Below, piece by piece: positions 1 to 9,200 of a stretch of DNA of 64,000 bases. Origin of the DNA: Planctomycetota bacterium (GTDB lineage: Bacteria; Planctomycetota; Phycisphaerae; UBA1845); NCBI GenBank assembly GCA_016200265.1, contig JACQFE010000074.1, positions 671 to 64,670 of the forward strand, written 5' to 3'. The position numbers and the translations under genes are program-made. The notes beneath the pieces were generated by a model. The model was given only the letters and a program-made list of their open reading frames with translations, was not told the origin of the DNA and did not search any database. Numbering within the stretch: the stretch's first letter is position 1; each line of letters begins with the position of its first letter.

Positions 1-3000
1 TCGATATTCAGATTGGCCGCAATTTGCTCAATGCCCGCCGCGAATTCGAAATCCACCACGCGGCTCGTGACATCCGACCATTCGCGAGCCACCGTCTTTG
101 CAATTCCACAGACCGCACCCTGGTCAGGATGGATTTGATCGCCGCTGAAATTTCCTTGGCCAAACGCACCACCCATCCTCGTTGCCGTCAGGACCCGACC
201 CTTCTGCGTACGCAGGTCTGCTTCGCACGCCTGAAGAAGATTGAAAAAGCCGAGTGCATCGTTCTCCGCACGCTGCGATGGTGAATCACCGTTCGCTCGC
301 CTGGTGTCACAGAGAGGCATCAGATGAACAAGTGCCTGAATTTGACCCTCATGCGATTGAATGCGCGTCGCGAATTCCTTCACCGCGCCTGGATCGGTGA
401 GATCGATTCGTGGATATTTTCCGTTTTGCGAGCCATCCCGCGCGCACGCAACGACAACTGCAGGAATTCCTGACGCGCCCAAGACTCCCGCGAGTGCCGA
501 CGCCACACCTTGCTCGTCATCCGTAATCAGCACAACTCCATTGTTCTTCAGCGGCATGGAGCGCCCGTGAATCGGCGCAGGTATGACGTCGAGCGTCATG
601 CGCGGAATCTGTTTCACTTCAAGACTCGGTGGAGCCTCCAAAGTAGCTCCGGCCGGCGCGGAACGCGACTCGATTGCAGGTGTCGCAGGCGCTTTCGTCG
701 ATGGTGCCGCAGTACCTCGATCGGCGAGCCAGTCCACGATGGCTCGCAGTGTCTTGAGCTTGGACAGCGTTTCCATCTCGCCGTCCACCGAGCCGCCCGG
801 CAAGCTGCCATCATTCTGCAATGTCCCGAGAATTTCAATGCGCTTTATGGAGTCGATCCCCAGATCGGCCTCCAAATCGAGATCAGGATTGAGCATGTCC
901 GTCGGATATCCCGTGCGTTCCGCGACGATCGCGATTAAACGCGAGGTGAGAACTTCGCGCGTCGGTACGGATGGTGCGGGCACTGGTGACATGAGCGATG
1001 ACCCATTCGTTGGCGCAATGACAATTGCCGGCCCTGTAGAAACCGAAGCACCGTTCACATCGGCCGTCGGCTCCCCATGAGCATGAATGCTCACCGAAGC
1101 ACGGGGCGGATGCGACACGGGTTGCTCCATTGCGATATCGGTCGATCCGTTCGAGATTTCTCGCCGCAGCTCAACGTCAAACTGCGGCCGCAAGGTGGGA
1201 TCCTGCTGTTGAATCGACGCTGGGATCGATTGCCCTTGCGGCGCGTTCTGCAAATACGCGAGCATCACGTTTCGCTGAGTATCGAGAAACTTCGCCATGA
1301 GAGCGTGGTAGGAACCCAGCACGCTTTCCGCTCCGGCGGGCCGCGGAGCCGCGTTGATCTCTCGATTCATCGCCGGCTTTCTTTCAATTGCGTGAGCTGC
1401 ACTTGCGATTCCGTTTCCATTTCCATCCTTCGTCGCTTTGTCTTGATCCGACAAAATTGCAACTGCTTTTTGAGGAGGCGGAGTTGGCACGACAACCTCA
1501 GGCATTTTCCCCGCCACGCCATTTTGATTGCTGAGTGGTCGAATCGGTTTCGACGCTGCGGGAGCGACACTCCGTTGCACCTTGAGCGATTCATTCACAG
1601 GTACGGCCTTCGCACCATTCACCAGCCACGTCGTCGCCGAATGCGGCTTCGGGCTCGTCTGTTCAACGAGCTTGTTGAGATCAAGGTTCCGCGTGACGCG
1701 TCCTTCGAACAACCGTACAACATCGAACTGAACACCCGCCACGGCAATTTGACCCAACGCCGTGACCAGTTGCAGCAAGCCGTTGCGTCCGGATTGATCA
1801 AGGTGAACCGCACGAAACGGTCGACCGGCGAGCGTTCGTTCGGCAAGCCCCGTCAGGATGCGGCCGGGGCCGACTTCAATGAAAATCCTCGCCCCGGCAT
1901 CGTGCATCGCCACCAGTTCATCTGCGAAACGCACCGGTCGAACCAAATGGGCAACCAGCGATTCACGAATCCTGTTCGGATCATCGGTGTGCGGCATAGC
2001 CGTCGTATTGGAATAAACGACGCCCCGGGGCGAAGCGACGGACATCCGTTCGAGCGCGGAACGGAAGGGAGTCAGGGCCGACGCAACCATCGGCGAGTGA
2101 AACGCACAAGACACCTTGATTCGCCGACCCTGCACTCCTTGCCTGGCAAGCCGTGCGATCGCCGCATCCACGCCCTGTTCGCTACCGGAAATCACCGTTT
2201 GCATCGGTGAATTCAAATTCGCGATGCTGACGCCGTTCAAGCCGCTGATTGCGGGTACCACCGTCTTTTCATCCGCATCGATCGCCGCCATCGTTCCCGG
2301 ATTCGCCGCACCCGCTTCGGCGATCAAACGTCCGCGAGCCTCGGAAATCCGGATCAAGTCGGCCTCGCTGAACACGCCTGCGGCACAAAGTGCGACATAT
2401 TCGCCGTAGCTGTGACCCGCCATCATGTCCGCTTTGACGCCAAGCTCGCGAATCACTCGCAGCATCGACAGGTCAGCGGCCCCCAATGCAGGCTGCGCGA
2501 CACGCGTTTGCGTCAGTGCTGCCTCATCCGCCGCCTTTTCTTCGTTGGTGAATTTCGGGTGTGGGAAAACAAATTCGCTCAGCGAGCGCCCAAGTGAATC
2601 GCCAAGCGCCATATTCGCGCATTCAAATTGCTCTCTCACAGCCGGCATGGCGATCGCAAGATCGCGAAGCATGTTCACACTCTGAGATCCCTGGCCGGGA
2701 AACAAGAATGCGATCTTTCCTTTCTCATTCGTCGATTCAGTCGAGAAAAAGACTCCGCGTGGATCGCGGAAATCCGCCGATCCTTTTGCGATCGCATCTT
2801 TGGCCGCAATCAGCTTTGTTTTCAGGTCTTCGAGTGAACCAGCGACCAGGGCGAGACAACAATTCCCCGAAAGGCTCGACGCGGCCTCGCAAACTGCGGC
2901 GGCAAGATCTCGAAGCAACGGCTTCGCGCCCTGATCGAGCGCGGACAACACCTGATCGATTGACTTCGTAATTTGTGAAGATGAACTCGCCTTCCAGAGG

Positions 3001-6000
3001 AAAAGCTCTGCGGGCCAGGATTCAACAGAAGTCGACGCCGCAATGGCGTCTTCACCTTGATATTCTTCGAGAACCGCGTGGAAATTCGTGCCGCCAAAAC
3101 CGAACGCGCTGACTCCAGCGCGGCGCGGCGTGCCGTCAAGCCGCGAGATCCAAGGGCGGCTTTCGGTATTGATGTAAAACGGGCTCTGCCCGAAATTTGC
3201 TTTTGAATTTGGCTTTGTCACGCCGATCGTCGGCGGAAGTGTTTTGTGGTGTAGAGCGAGGGCCGCCTTCAACATACCCGCGACGCCCGCGGTGCACTTC
3301 GTATGGCCGATCAAACTCTTGACGGAACCGAGAGCGCAACTCGACGACTTGGCGCCAGCGGCGGTAAACGTCTTCGTCAACGACTCGACTTCCGATTGAT
3401 CACCGGCGACGGTTCCAGTGCCATGCGCCTCGATCAATCCAACCGTGGTCGGGGAAAAACCTGCTTTCGCGTACGCCCGATCCAGTGCTCGCATCTGGCC
3501 CGCCGGTCGCGGCGCGGTGAGTCCCTTGTCTTTGCCGTCGCTCGACGATCCAACACCCTTGATGACAGCGTAAATACGATCTCCGTCGCGCTCGGCATCG
3601 GCCAGTCGCTTGAGGACGGCCATTGCAATGCCTTCGCTGATCACGATGCCGTCGGCGGTTTCATCAAATGTCCTGCATTGACCGGTCGGCGAAAGGGCCT
3701 GCGTCTTGCTGAAGCACAAATAGGCGAACGGACTTTGCATCGTATCCGCGCCGCCAACCACAACCATGTCGCTGGAGCCTGACTCGAGCTCGGTCACTGC
3801 GAGTCGAACGGCCGCAAGCGAGGACGCGCAAGCCGCATCAACGGTGTAGTTCGTGCCACCGAAATCGAAGCGATTCGCCACACGCCCGGCGGCTACGTTC
3901 ATCAACAACCCGGCGAATGAATCTTCCGTCCACTCGGGCAGCAGGCCGGCCAATTTTTCGATCAGCTCGGCCGCGTCTTCAACTGACCCACCGGCTTTCG
4001 TCAGGAAGTATGGAAGAAGTGCGCGGAAACCATAGCCCAATCCGAGATCGGCCACTCCCCCGCCTGCGCCGAGAATGACTGAGGTTCGCTCGCGATTGAA
4101 TGTGCGCTTATGGTATCCCGAATCTTCAATAGCTTGGCGAACGCTTTCGAGCACGAGCAATTGCAGCGGTTCGATGGACGGAATCGCGCTGGGCGGCATT
4201 CCAAATCGCGTCGGATCAATCGGCCGATCCGAAAGGAATCCGCCCCATCGAGAATAGATCTTATCTTTCGCGCGGCGATCGCCATTGAAATACAAATCGG
4301 CGTCCCAGCGGTCTGAGGGGATCTCACTGATCGCATTCACGCGATTGAGCACGTTTTCCCAGAACTCGCGAAGATCGTTGGCCTTGGGGAACATGCACGA
4401 CATGCCCACGATGGCTACATCGCTCGGTGATTCGCCGTTTGATCGATCGTGGACCGTTGACGACGGCGCGAATCGCGCAAGCTTCGTCGCTCCACCCGCA
4501 CTGACATCCTCGTGCAAAGCCGCAATTGAACAGACTTCCTTTCGCAGCGCGGCCACTTGCCCAATCATGTACATGCCGTCGCGCTGCTGCGTCTTTTCGT
4601 CGATCTGCTTGTAGCGGCCGCCGCTGGATTCGCTGGTCGTGGATTCATTTCGCGTAATCCCTTTGGAGGCGACGCGCAAACGCCCGATATTCAGCGACTC
4701 AAGTGCCTCGCGAACTTCTTCCTTCGATTTTCCTTCGCGAATGAGCCGGCGTTTTTCGGAATTGAAGAACCGCCCGAATTCTGTGTCCGCGCATCTCGTG
4801 GCATGACCAACCCCGGATTCGAGCAATACCGTATGCTGGCATTCGACAGCCGCCTTTTGAAACCCTTCGACGATTGCGCCGGCTTGGACCGCTTCATTCG
4901 TGAACAAATAGGCCGTACCGAGCAGAACACCGATGCGAACGCCACGCTCGCTGAGGGGTGCGGCCATCGCCGCTACCATCGATGCTGAGGTCGAATCGTG
5001 AACACCGCCCGCAAATAGGACGTGATAATCCTCGGCCTTGTTGCCGGTAGCGTCGAGTTGCTCGACAATCACTCTGATCATCTGGTCCCAAAGGACAAAG
5101 CTCGTGCGCGGTCCGACGTGACCGCCGCACTCGCGACCCTCAAAAATAACCCGCCGGGTCCCGCCTTCAAGAAACATCTTGAGCAACGCGGGCGAAGGAA
5201 TGTGCAAATACGTGTGAATGCCGTCGCATTCCAGCGCCGCGGCCTGATCCGGACGCCCGCCCGCGATGATCGCATACGGCGGTGGATGCCGTCGCACCTC
5301 AGCAAGCTGTTCTTCTCGCAACTCTTTGGGAACAAAGCCGAGAATGCCCACGCCCCAGGGACGTGAACCGAGCTTGCGCTTCGTTTCTTCCAATAGCGCG
5401 CCCACTTGCGGCCCGCGAAGAAGCGCGAGCGCCAGGAACGGAAGCCCTCCGCCTTCGGCGACGGACAGCGCGAAATCAGCTGTGTCGCTGACGCGCGTCA
5501 TTGGGCCCTGAACAATTGGATATCTGGTTCCGTGAGATTCGGCGAGCGGTCCACCCGGTCGAAGTGCCGAGTTTCGAGCGGCGCTTCGGCAATGGCGCGA
5601 CGCCGAATCGCGAATCGCCGTACAAACCTGGCCTACGGATCGAAATCTCTCCTCCAGTGAAGCCGCAAACACCGCATCCTGACCAAGGATCAACAAACGC
5701 CTTGTTTCATCGGATTGCGAAATGCGTGCTTCGACTTGCTCACGCCATTGTTTCGTGATCGTATCTTCCGAAGCGTCGGACATCGCAAGTTGATCTTCGA
5801 TTTCGCGAAGTTCGGCAAACGCTCGCTCACCCGGGCGGAAGTACGCACGATAGCGATCGCCGCAGCCCTGGCCGAGCACCGCCGTCTCGCTTCCGTCCAT
5901 TCGCGTGATGCGAGCTTTGATTTCGGCCGGCAGTTCCGATTCACTGCAAAGTGCAAGCTGCCAATCAAGCACGACGCCGGCGGCGCCGCCGGCGAGGCAT

Positions 6001-6500
6001 GCGGCGGCCGAGTGCAATCCGATGCCGCCCCGCACCCACACCGGAATTTGTACTGCGCGAATCACGCGCTGCAAGAGAACCAGTGAAGTCTCTTCGCCGA
6101 TGATTCCGCCGCCTTCGGATCCCTTGATGACGATGGCATCGGCGCCGGCTTGAGCAGCCGAAACTGCCTGTTCTTCGTTGATCACTTGCGCGAAGACTTC
6201 GATACCGACCGCGCGGATCCGATCCACGTTGCACTTCACATCCGACTGAGCATCCGAGTTCGTTGCTTGAGCCAGAATGACCCGACGTAGGCCATGTGAG
6301 CACGCATTGTAGAGTGACGCCAGAATTGATTCATCATGACGAGAAATCTGAATGGAAAATTCGACTCGGGCCGATGATAGCGAAGTGATTGCGGCGCAAG
6401 CTGCCACTGAATCGACGTGTTCAAGGTTCAGGCAACCGTCGAACCCCGCGCGATGTGCGGCCACTGCGATGCCGGACCCCGCAAATGGTGCGGGATTCAT
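1..6500 (-). CDS. Large multidomain PUFA/polyketide-type synthase, N-terminal part (ORF runs off the left edge): degenerate NMO-like TIM barrel + PfaD-type enoyl reductase + KS + AT + ACP + KR-like region
   Basis: Absent from the ORF track because it has no stop in the window; found by hand-translating the reverse strand. A single open frame runs from the in-frame stop at 6621-6623 down to base 1. The first ATG is at 6500, and in-frame GTGs at 6551/6563/6578 could be the true start. None of the listed minus-strand ORFs in 1-6624 is in this frame. ER motifs (PfaD/FabK-like, ~5530-4650): YPIVQGPMTRVSD, EGRECGGHVGPRTSFVLW, GHATRC, LNIGRLRVASKG. KS motifs (~4420-3060): DVAIVGMSCMFP, TVDAACASSL (Cys codon 3828-3830), EAHGTGT, GSVKSLIGHTK, FGFGGTNFHAVLEE. 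AT motifs (~2700-1900): FLFPGQGSQ, MAGHSYGEY, CAFHSP. ACP motif: DLGIDSIKRIEIL (Ser codon 849-851). A Rossmann-like VVLITDDEQGVASALAG segment runs to the edge (KR-like, less certain). Confidence 0.9.
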   Translation of the reverse strand, partial: MNPAPFAGSGIAVAAHRAGFDGCLNLEHVDSVAACAAITSLSSARVEFSIQISRHDESILASLYNACSHGLRRVILAQATNSDAQSDVKCNVDRIRAVGIEVFAQVINEEQAVSAAQAGADAIVIKGSEGGGIIGEETSLVLLQRVIRAVQIPVWVRGGIGLHSAAACLAGGAAGVVLDWQLALCSESELPAEIKARITRMDGSETAVLGQGCGDRYRAYFRPGERAFAELREIEDQLAMSDASEDTITKQWREQVEARISQSDETRRLLILGQDAVFAASLEERFRSVGQVCTAIRDSASRHCRSAARNSALRPGGPLAESHGTRYPIVQGPMTRVSDTADFALSVAEGGGLPFLALALLRGPQVGALLEETKRKLGSRPWGVGILGFVPKELREEQLAEVRRHPPPYAIIAGGRPDQAAALECDGIHTYLHIPSPALLKMFLEGGTRRVIFEGRECGGHVGPRTSFVLWDQMIRVIVEQLDATGNKAEDYHVLFAGGVHDSTSASMVAAMAAPLSERGVRIGVLLGTAYLFTNEAVQAGAIVEGFQKAAVECQHTVLLESGVGHATRCADTEFGRFFNSEKRRLIREGKSKEEVREALESLNIGRLRVASKGITRNESTTSESSGGRYKQIDEKTQQRDGMYMIGQVAALRKEVCSIAALHEDVSAGGATKLARFAPSSTVHDRSNGESPSDVAIVGMSCMFPKANDLREFWENVLNRVNAISEIPSDRWDADLYFNGDRRAKDKIYSRWGGFLSDRPIDPTRFGMPPSAIPSIEPLQLLVLESVRQAIEDSGYHKRTFNRERTSVILGAGGGVADLGLGYGFRALLPYFLTKAGGSVEDAAELIEKLAGLLPEWTEDSFAGLLMNVAAGRVANRFDFGGTNYTVDAACASSLAAVRLAVTELESGSSDMVVVGGADTMQSPFAYLCFSKTQALSPTGQCRTFDETADGIVISEGIAMAVLKRLADAERDGDRIYAVIKGVGSSSDGKDKGLTAPRPAGQMRALDRAYAKAGFSPTTVGLIEAHGTGTVAGDQSEVESLTKTFTAAGAKSSSCALGSVKSLIGHTKCTAGVAGMLKAALALHHKTLPPTIGVTKPNSKANFGQSPFYINTESRPWISRLDGTPRRAGVSAFGFGGTNFHAVLEEYQGEDAIAASTSVESWPAELFLWKASSSSQITKSIDQVLSALDQGAKPLLRDLAAAVCEAASSLSGNCCLALVAGSLEDLKTKLIAAKDAIAKGSADFRDPRGVFFSTESTNEKGKIAFLFPGQGSQSVNMLRDLAIAMPAVREQFECANMALGDSLGRSLSEFVFPHPKFTNEEKAADEAALTQTRVAQPALGAADLSMLRVIRELGVKADMMAGHSYGEYVALCAAGVFSEADLIRISEARGRLIAEAGAANPGTMAAIDADEKTVVPAISGLNGVSIANLNSPMQTVISGSEQGVDAAIARLARQGVQGRRIKVSCAFHSPMVASALTPFRSALERMSVASPRGVVYSNTTAMPHTDDPNRIRESLVAHLVRPVRFADELVAMHDAGARIFIEVGPGRILTGLAERTLAGRPFRAVHLDQSGRNGLLQLVTALGQIAVAGVQFDVVRLFEGRVTRNLDLNKLVEQTSPKPHSATTWLVNGAKAVPVNESLKVQRSVAPAASKPIRPLSNQNGVAGKMPEVVVPTPPPQKAVAILSDQDKATKDGNGNGIASAAHAIERKPAMNREINAAPRPAGAESVLGSYHALMAKFLDTQRNVMLAYLQNAPQGQSIPASIQQQDPTLRPQFDVELRREISNGSTDIAMEQPVSHPPRASVSIHAHGEPTADVNGASVSTGPAIVIAPTNGSSLMSPVPAPSVPTREVLTSRLIAIVAERTGYPTDMLNPDLDLEADLGIDSIKRIEILGTLQNDGSLPGGSVDGEMETLSKLKTLRAIVDWLADRGTAAPSTKAPATPAIESRSAPAGATLEAPPSLEVKQIPRMTLDVIPAPIHGRSMPLKNNGVVLITDDEQGVASALAGVLGASGIPAVVVACARDGSQNGKYPRIDLTDPGAVKEFATRIQSHEGQIQALVHLMPLCDTRRANGDSPSQRAENDALGFFNLLQACEADLRTQKGRVLTATRMGGAFGQGNFSGDQIHPDQGAVCGIAKTVAREWSDVTSRVVDFEFAAGIEQIAANLNI

Positions 6501-6749
6501 CGCGATCAGCTTGAGTTGAGGCGTCCCCTGGAATCCGTTCGTTTTTGTCACCCTCGCACCCACATTCGAGAACTTCACCGTGCCGATTGAACGGTCTATC
6601 GAACGCCCATCGACATCGTTTCACTCAACGTGAGATGGAAATCGAAGCGCGAACCTATATCGGATTGCAGGCACCCCGCCGCGAGAATTGGCTTGTTTCC
6701 CTCCGCCGGTTATGACGCCCTGCGATCCCTCGCCCTCCGCGCGGATCGC

Positions 6750-8933
6750 CTAAAACCCACGTCGTCCGCGAAACATCATCATCGAAGCCAGCCCAAGCAG
6801 GGTGGCCGAAAGCCCGATAGCTCCCATCGCTCCGCATGCCGTCGGCGTTCGCGTTCCCGGACTGCCGGTTCCACCGGAGTCAGCCGCCGTGAAAACGGCC
6901 TGTACCTGCCGATTGCCGTCCATGACCACGGTTGTCACAAGATCAGTCCCTGTTGCGTCGCCATCCCATCGCACAAATGTGGACGTGATGGACGGCGTCG
7001 CAATCAGCGTGACCATCTGACCTGTGGCGAATGTCCCGCCATCAGGGGTAACCGTTCCATTGCCTTGCACATCTACGACAAGACGCGGCGATGTGCCGCC
7101 ATCGGTACTCGGAGCAAACGTTGCCGTGACGGTTTCAGAACTCGTCAGCGTCAGCGTCAGCGTCGTATCGCTTCCCGAACCCGCACCACCCCAGCCTGTG
7201 AAAACAAATCCGTCTGCGGGAGTCGCCGTTAGCGTAACGCTTGTGCCCGGCGCGAAACTCGTTTGGTTCGTATCCGTTGTCACTGTCCCGCCGCTCGTCA
7301 CCTGAATGATCAGGTCGACAAGGGCATCGAATCGGGCGGTAATCGTCCGATCCGAATCCATCATCACTGTCAATGGATTCGTCTGATCTTCACCCTGTGG
7401 AACGTTTCCAGCCCATCCCCGGAACGCAGAACCATCGTCCGCAACAGCGGTTATTTTTACTTGAGCCCCCCTAGCATAACTGCTTACGAGATCGTTGTCT
7501 ACGGAAGATCCGGAAGGGGTCACTTTCACAATACCCGTACCGCTTCCGCTCGTGCTGAGCGTCAATTTTTGGTCAATTGGGACAATAACCGCGGAAACCG
7601 TGCGATTCTTGTCCATCGTCAGAACCAACGGATTTTCCAATAGGTTATCGAGATGGAAATCCGCTCCCCAGCCGGAAAACACGAAACCATCCTCCACGTT
7701 GACTGATACGGTCACAACATCCCCAAATGGCACCACCAGATCGCCGGAGCTACCTCCAGCTACAACCTGAGCCGGTGGAGACGCCGTCACGCTGCCACCG
7801 GAAAGTGGTACGCTGACGTGCAACACCGGATCCGCGACGACATGGACAATCCGCGTACCAATGTTCGTGGCGCTTCCGCCTCCAATTCCACCGCTGGCGG
7901 TCACATTTTGGAACGTGACCGTCGCCGTGTGTGAACCCGGGCCGAGATCATCGACCGCCGAATTCACCCGAATAGTGACGACCTGTTCATCAAGTCCACC
8001 GGTGGTATGATTCGTGGCCGCGAGCTGGCCGCCCGACGGCGTCACTGAAACCCAATCCTCGTTAGCTGACGCTGTCCATACGACGACTGCATCGCTGTTA
8101 TTCACGAGGGTGGATTGCTGTAAGTTCTTGGGAATTTTTCCAGCCGCACCCAACACCTCAAGATCGGCGTCCGGACCGATCACAACAGATCCAGTGCCAC
8201 CTTGTTGCACGACAAGCGTCACCGGCACCTGCCGCGTGCCGACTCCATTTGTCGTATTCGTGATGGTGATCGTGCTCGTATACGTCCCCGCTGCAAGGCC
8301 GAGCGTATTAAACGTCAGTACCACGGAGTCAAAGCTGCCTCCGTGAACCGTCCCCCCAGTCTTATTTACCACCAACCAGGGCTTCGACGTCCAATCCACC
8401 GTGTAATTCAAATCTGACTGGCCGTTGCTTTGCAGAAGAATCGTGATCGGAGTCGGGCTGGGACCATTCTGAACCGCCAACACGCTCACGAACCCCGGCG
8501 TGATCGAAAAATTCGCGGCCGCAACGCTGAGCTTTACGGAGCGTGTTGTACTCCCAACCCCGTTCGTAATGTTCGTGAATGAAACGTTGGCCGTGTAGAC
8601 CCCCGGCGCCAACTTCGCCGCCTCGACCGAGTCCACGACGGCGTTCACATCGCGAGTGCGATCCACAACGAGCGAACCGGGAAGGTGACTCGCGGTTGGC
8701 GCCAAGAGGAGCCACGCCTGATCTGAAATCGCAGTGAAATCGAGTGCAGCCAAATCGCTGTCATCCAACGTCCAGACCGTGGACGTGCCCGCGACAAACG
8801 GACCTCCTTCAAATCCGCCGAATGAAAATTCCGTCGTCACATCCGGCGTAACCGTCATGGTTTGTCCGAATGCCGAAGCAGTCGCCAAACCACCAACGAG
8901 GATTGCACAGAAAAACTTAAGTCCTTGGGCCAT
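6750..8933 (-). CDS. Secreted repeat protein (Ig/BACON-like beta-sandwich repeats + four InlB-B-repeat-like modules) with a C-terminal Cys/TM/Arg tail
   Basis: Track ORF 6750..9002. The internal ATG at 8933 gives a classical signal peptide MAQGLKFFCAILVGGLATASAFGQ. Four modules carry the xGxxVTLTAxPxxGFxFxGWxG pattern (DGFVFSGWGADF, SAFRGWAGNV, DGFVFTGWGGAG, STFVRWDGDA). The C-terminus reads TPTACGAMGAIGLSATLLGLASMMMFRGRRGF. Confidence 0.75.
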   Translation of the reverse strand: MAQGLKFFCAILVGGLATASAFGQTMTVTPDVTTEFSFGGFEGGPFVAGTSTVWTLDDSDLAALDFTAISDQAWLLLAPTASHLPGSLVVDRTRDVNAVVDSVEAAKLAPGVYTANVSFTNITNGVGSTTRSVKLSVAAANFSITPGFVSVLAVQNGPSPTPITILLQSNGQSDLNYTVDWTSKPWLVVNKTGGTVHGGSFDSVVLTFNTLGLAAGTYTSTITITNTTNGVGTRQVPVTLVVQQGGTGSVVIGPDADLEVLGAAGKIPKNLQQSTLVNNSDAVVVWTASANEDWVSVTPSGGQLAATNHTTGGLDEQVVTIRVNSAVDDLGPGSHTATVTFQNVTASGGIGGGSATNIGTRIVHVVADPVLHVSVPLSGGSVTASPPAQVVAGGSSGDLVVPFGDVVTVSVNVEDGFVFSGWGADFHLDNLLENPLVLTMDKNRTVSAVIVPIDQKLTLSTSGSGTGIVKVTPSGSSVDNDLVSSYARGAQVKITAVADDGSAFRGWAGNVPQGEDQTNPLTVMMDSDRTITARFDALVDLIIQVTSGGTVTTDTNQTSFAPGTSVTLTATPADGFVFTGWGGAGSGSDTTLTLTLTSSETVTATFAPSTDGGTSPRLVVDVQGNGTVTPDGGTFATGQMVTLIATPSITSTFVRWDGDATGTDLVTTVVMDGNRQVQAVFTAADSGGTGSPGTRTPTACGAMGAIGLSATLLGLASMMMFRGRRGF

Positions 8934-9200
8934 GCGTCGATGGCCCCCCCCCTGATTCCGACAATTTAAGAAGGACATTATCTCCCCCCTCCCCCGAGGC
9001 ATTCTGAACAGTGTTTACAAAGACTTATGCTACCGGCGCGAAGGGGTATGTCAAGGTAAACTCGAATTCGAAGCGGTCAGTTTTCAGTTATTAGTTGTCA
9101 GCCGGCAAGTTTCCGGACTTCTGCTCAGAAAAACGGGACCGACAGCTGTTTTGACAGCCGTTATCGCAAACATTAGTTATTGACAATCGCCCTACAACGA

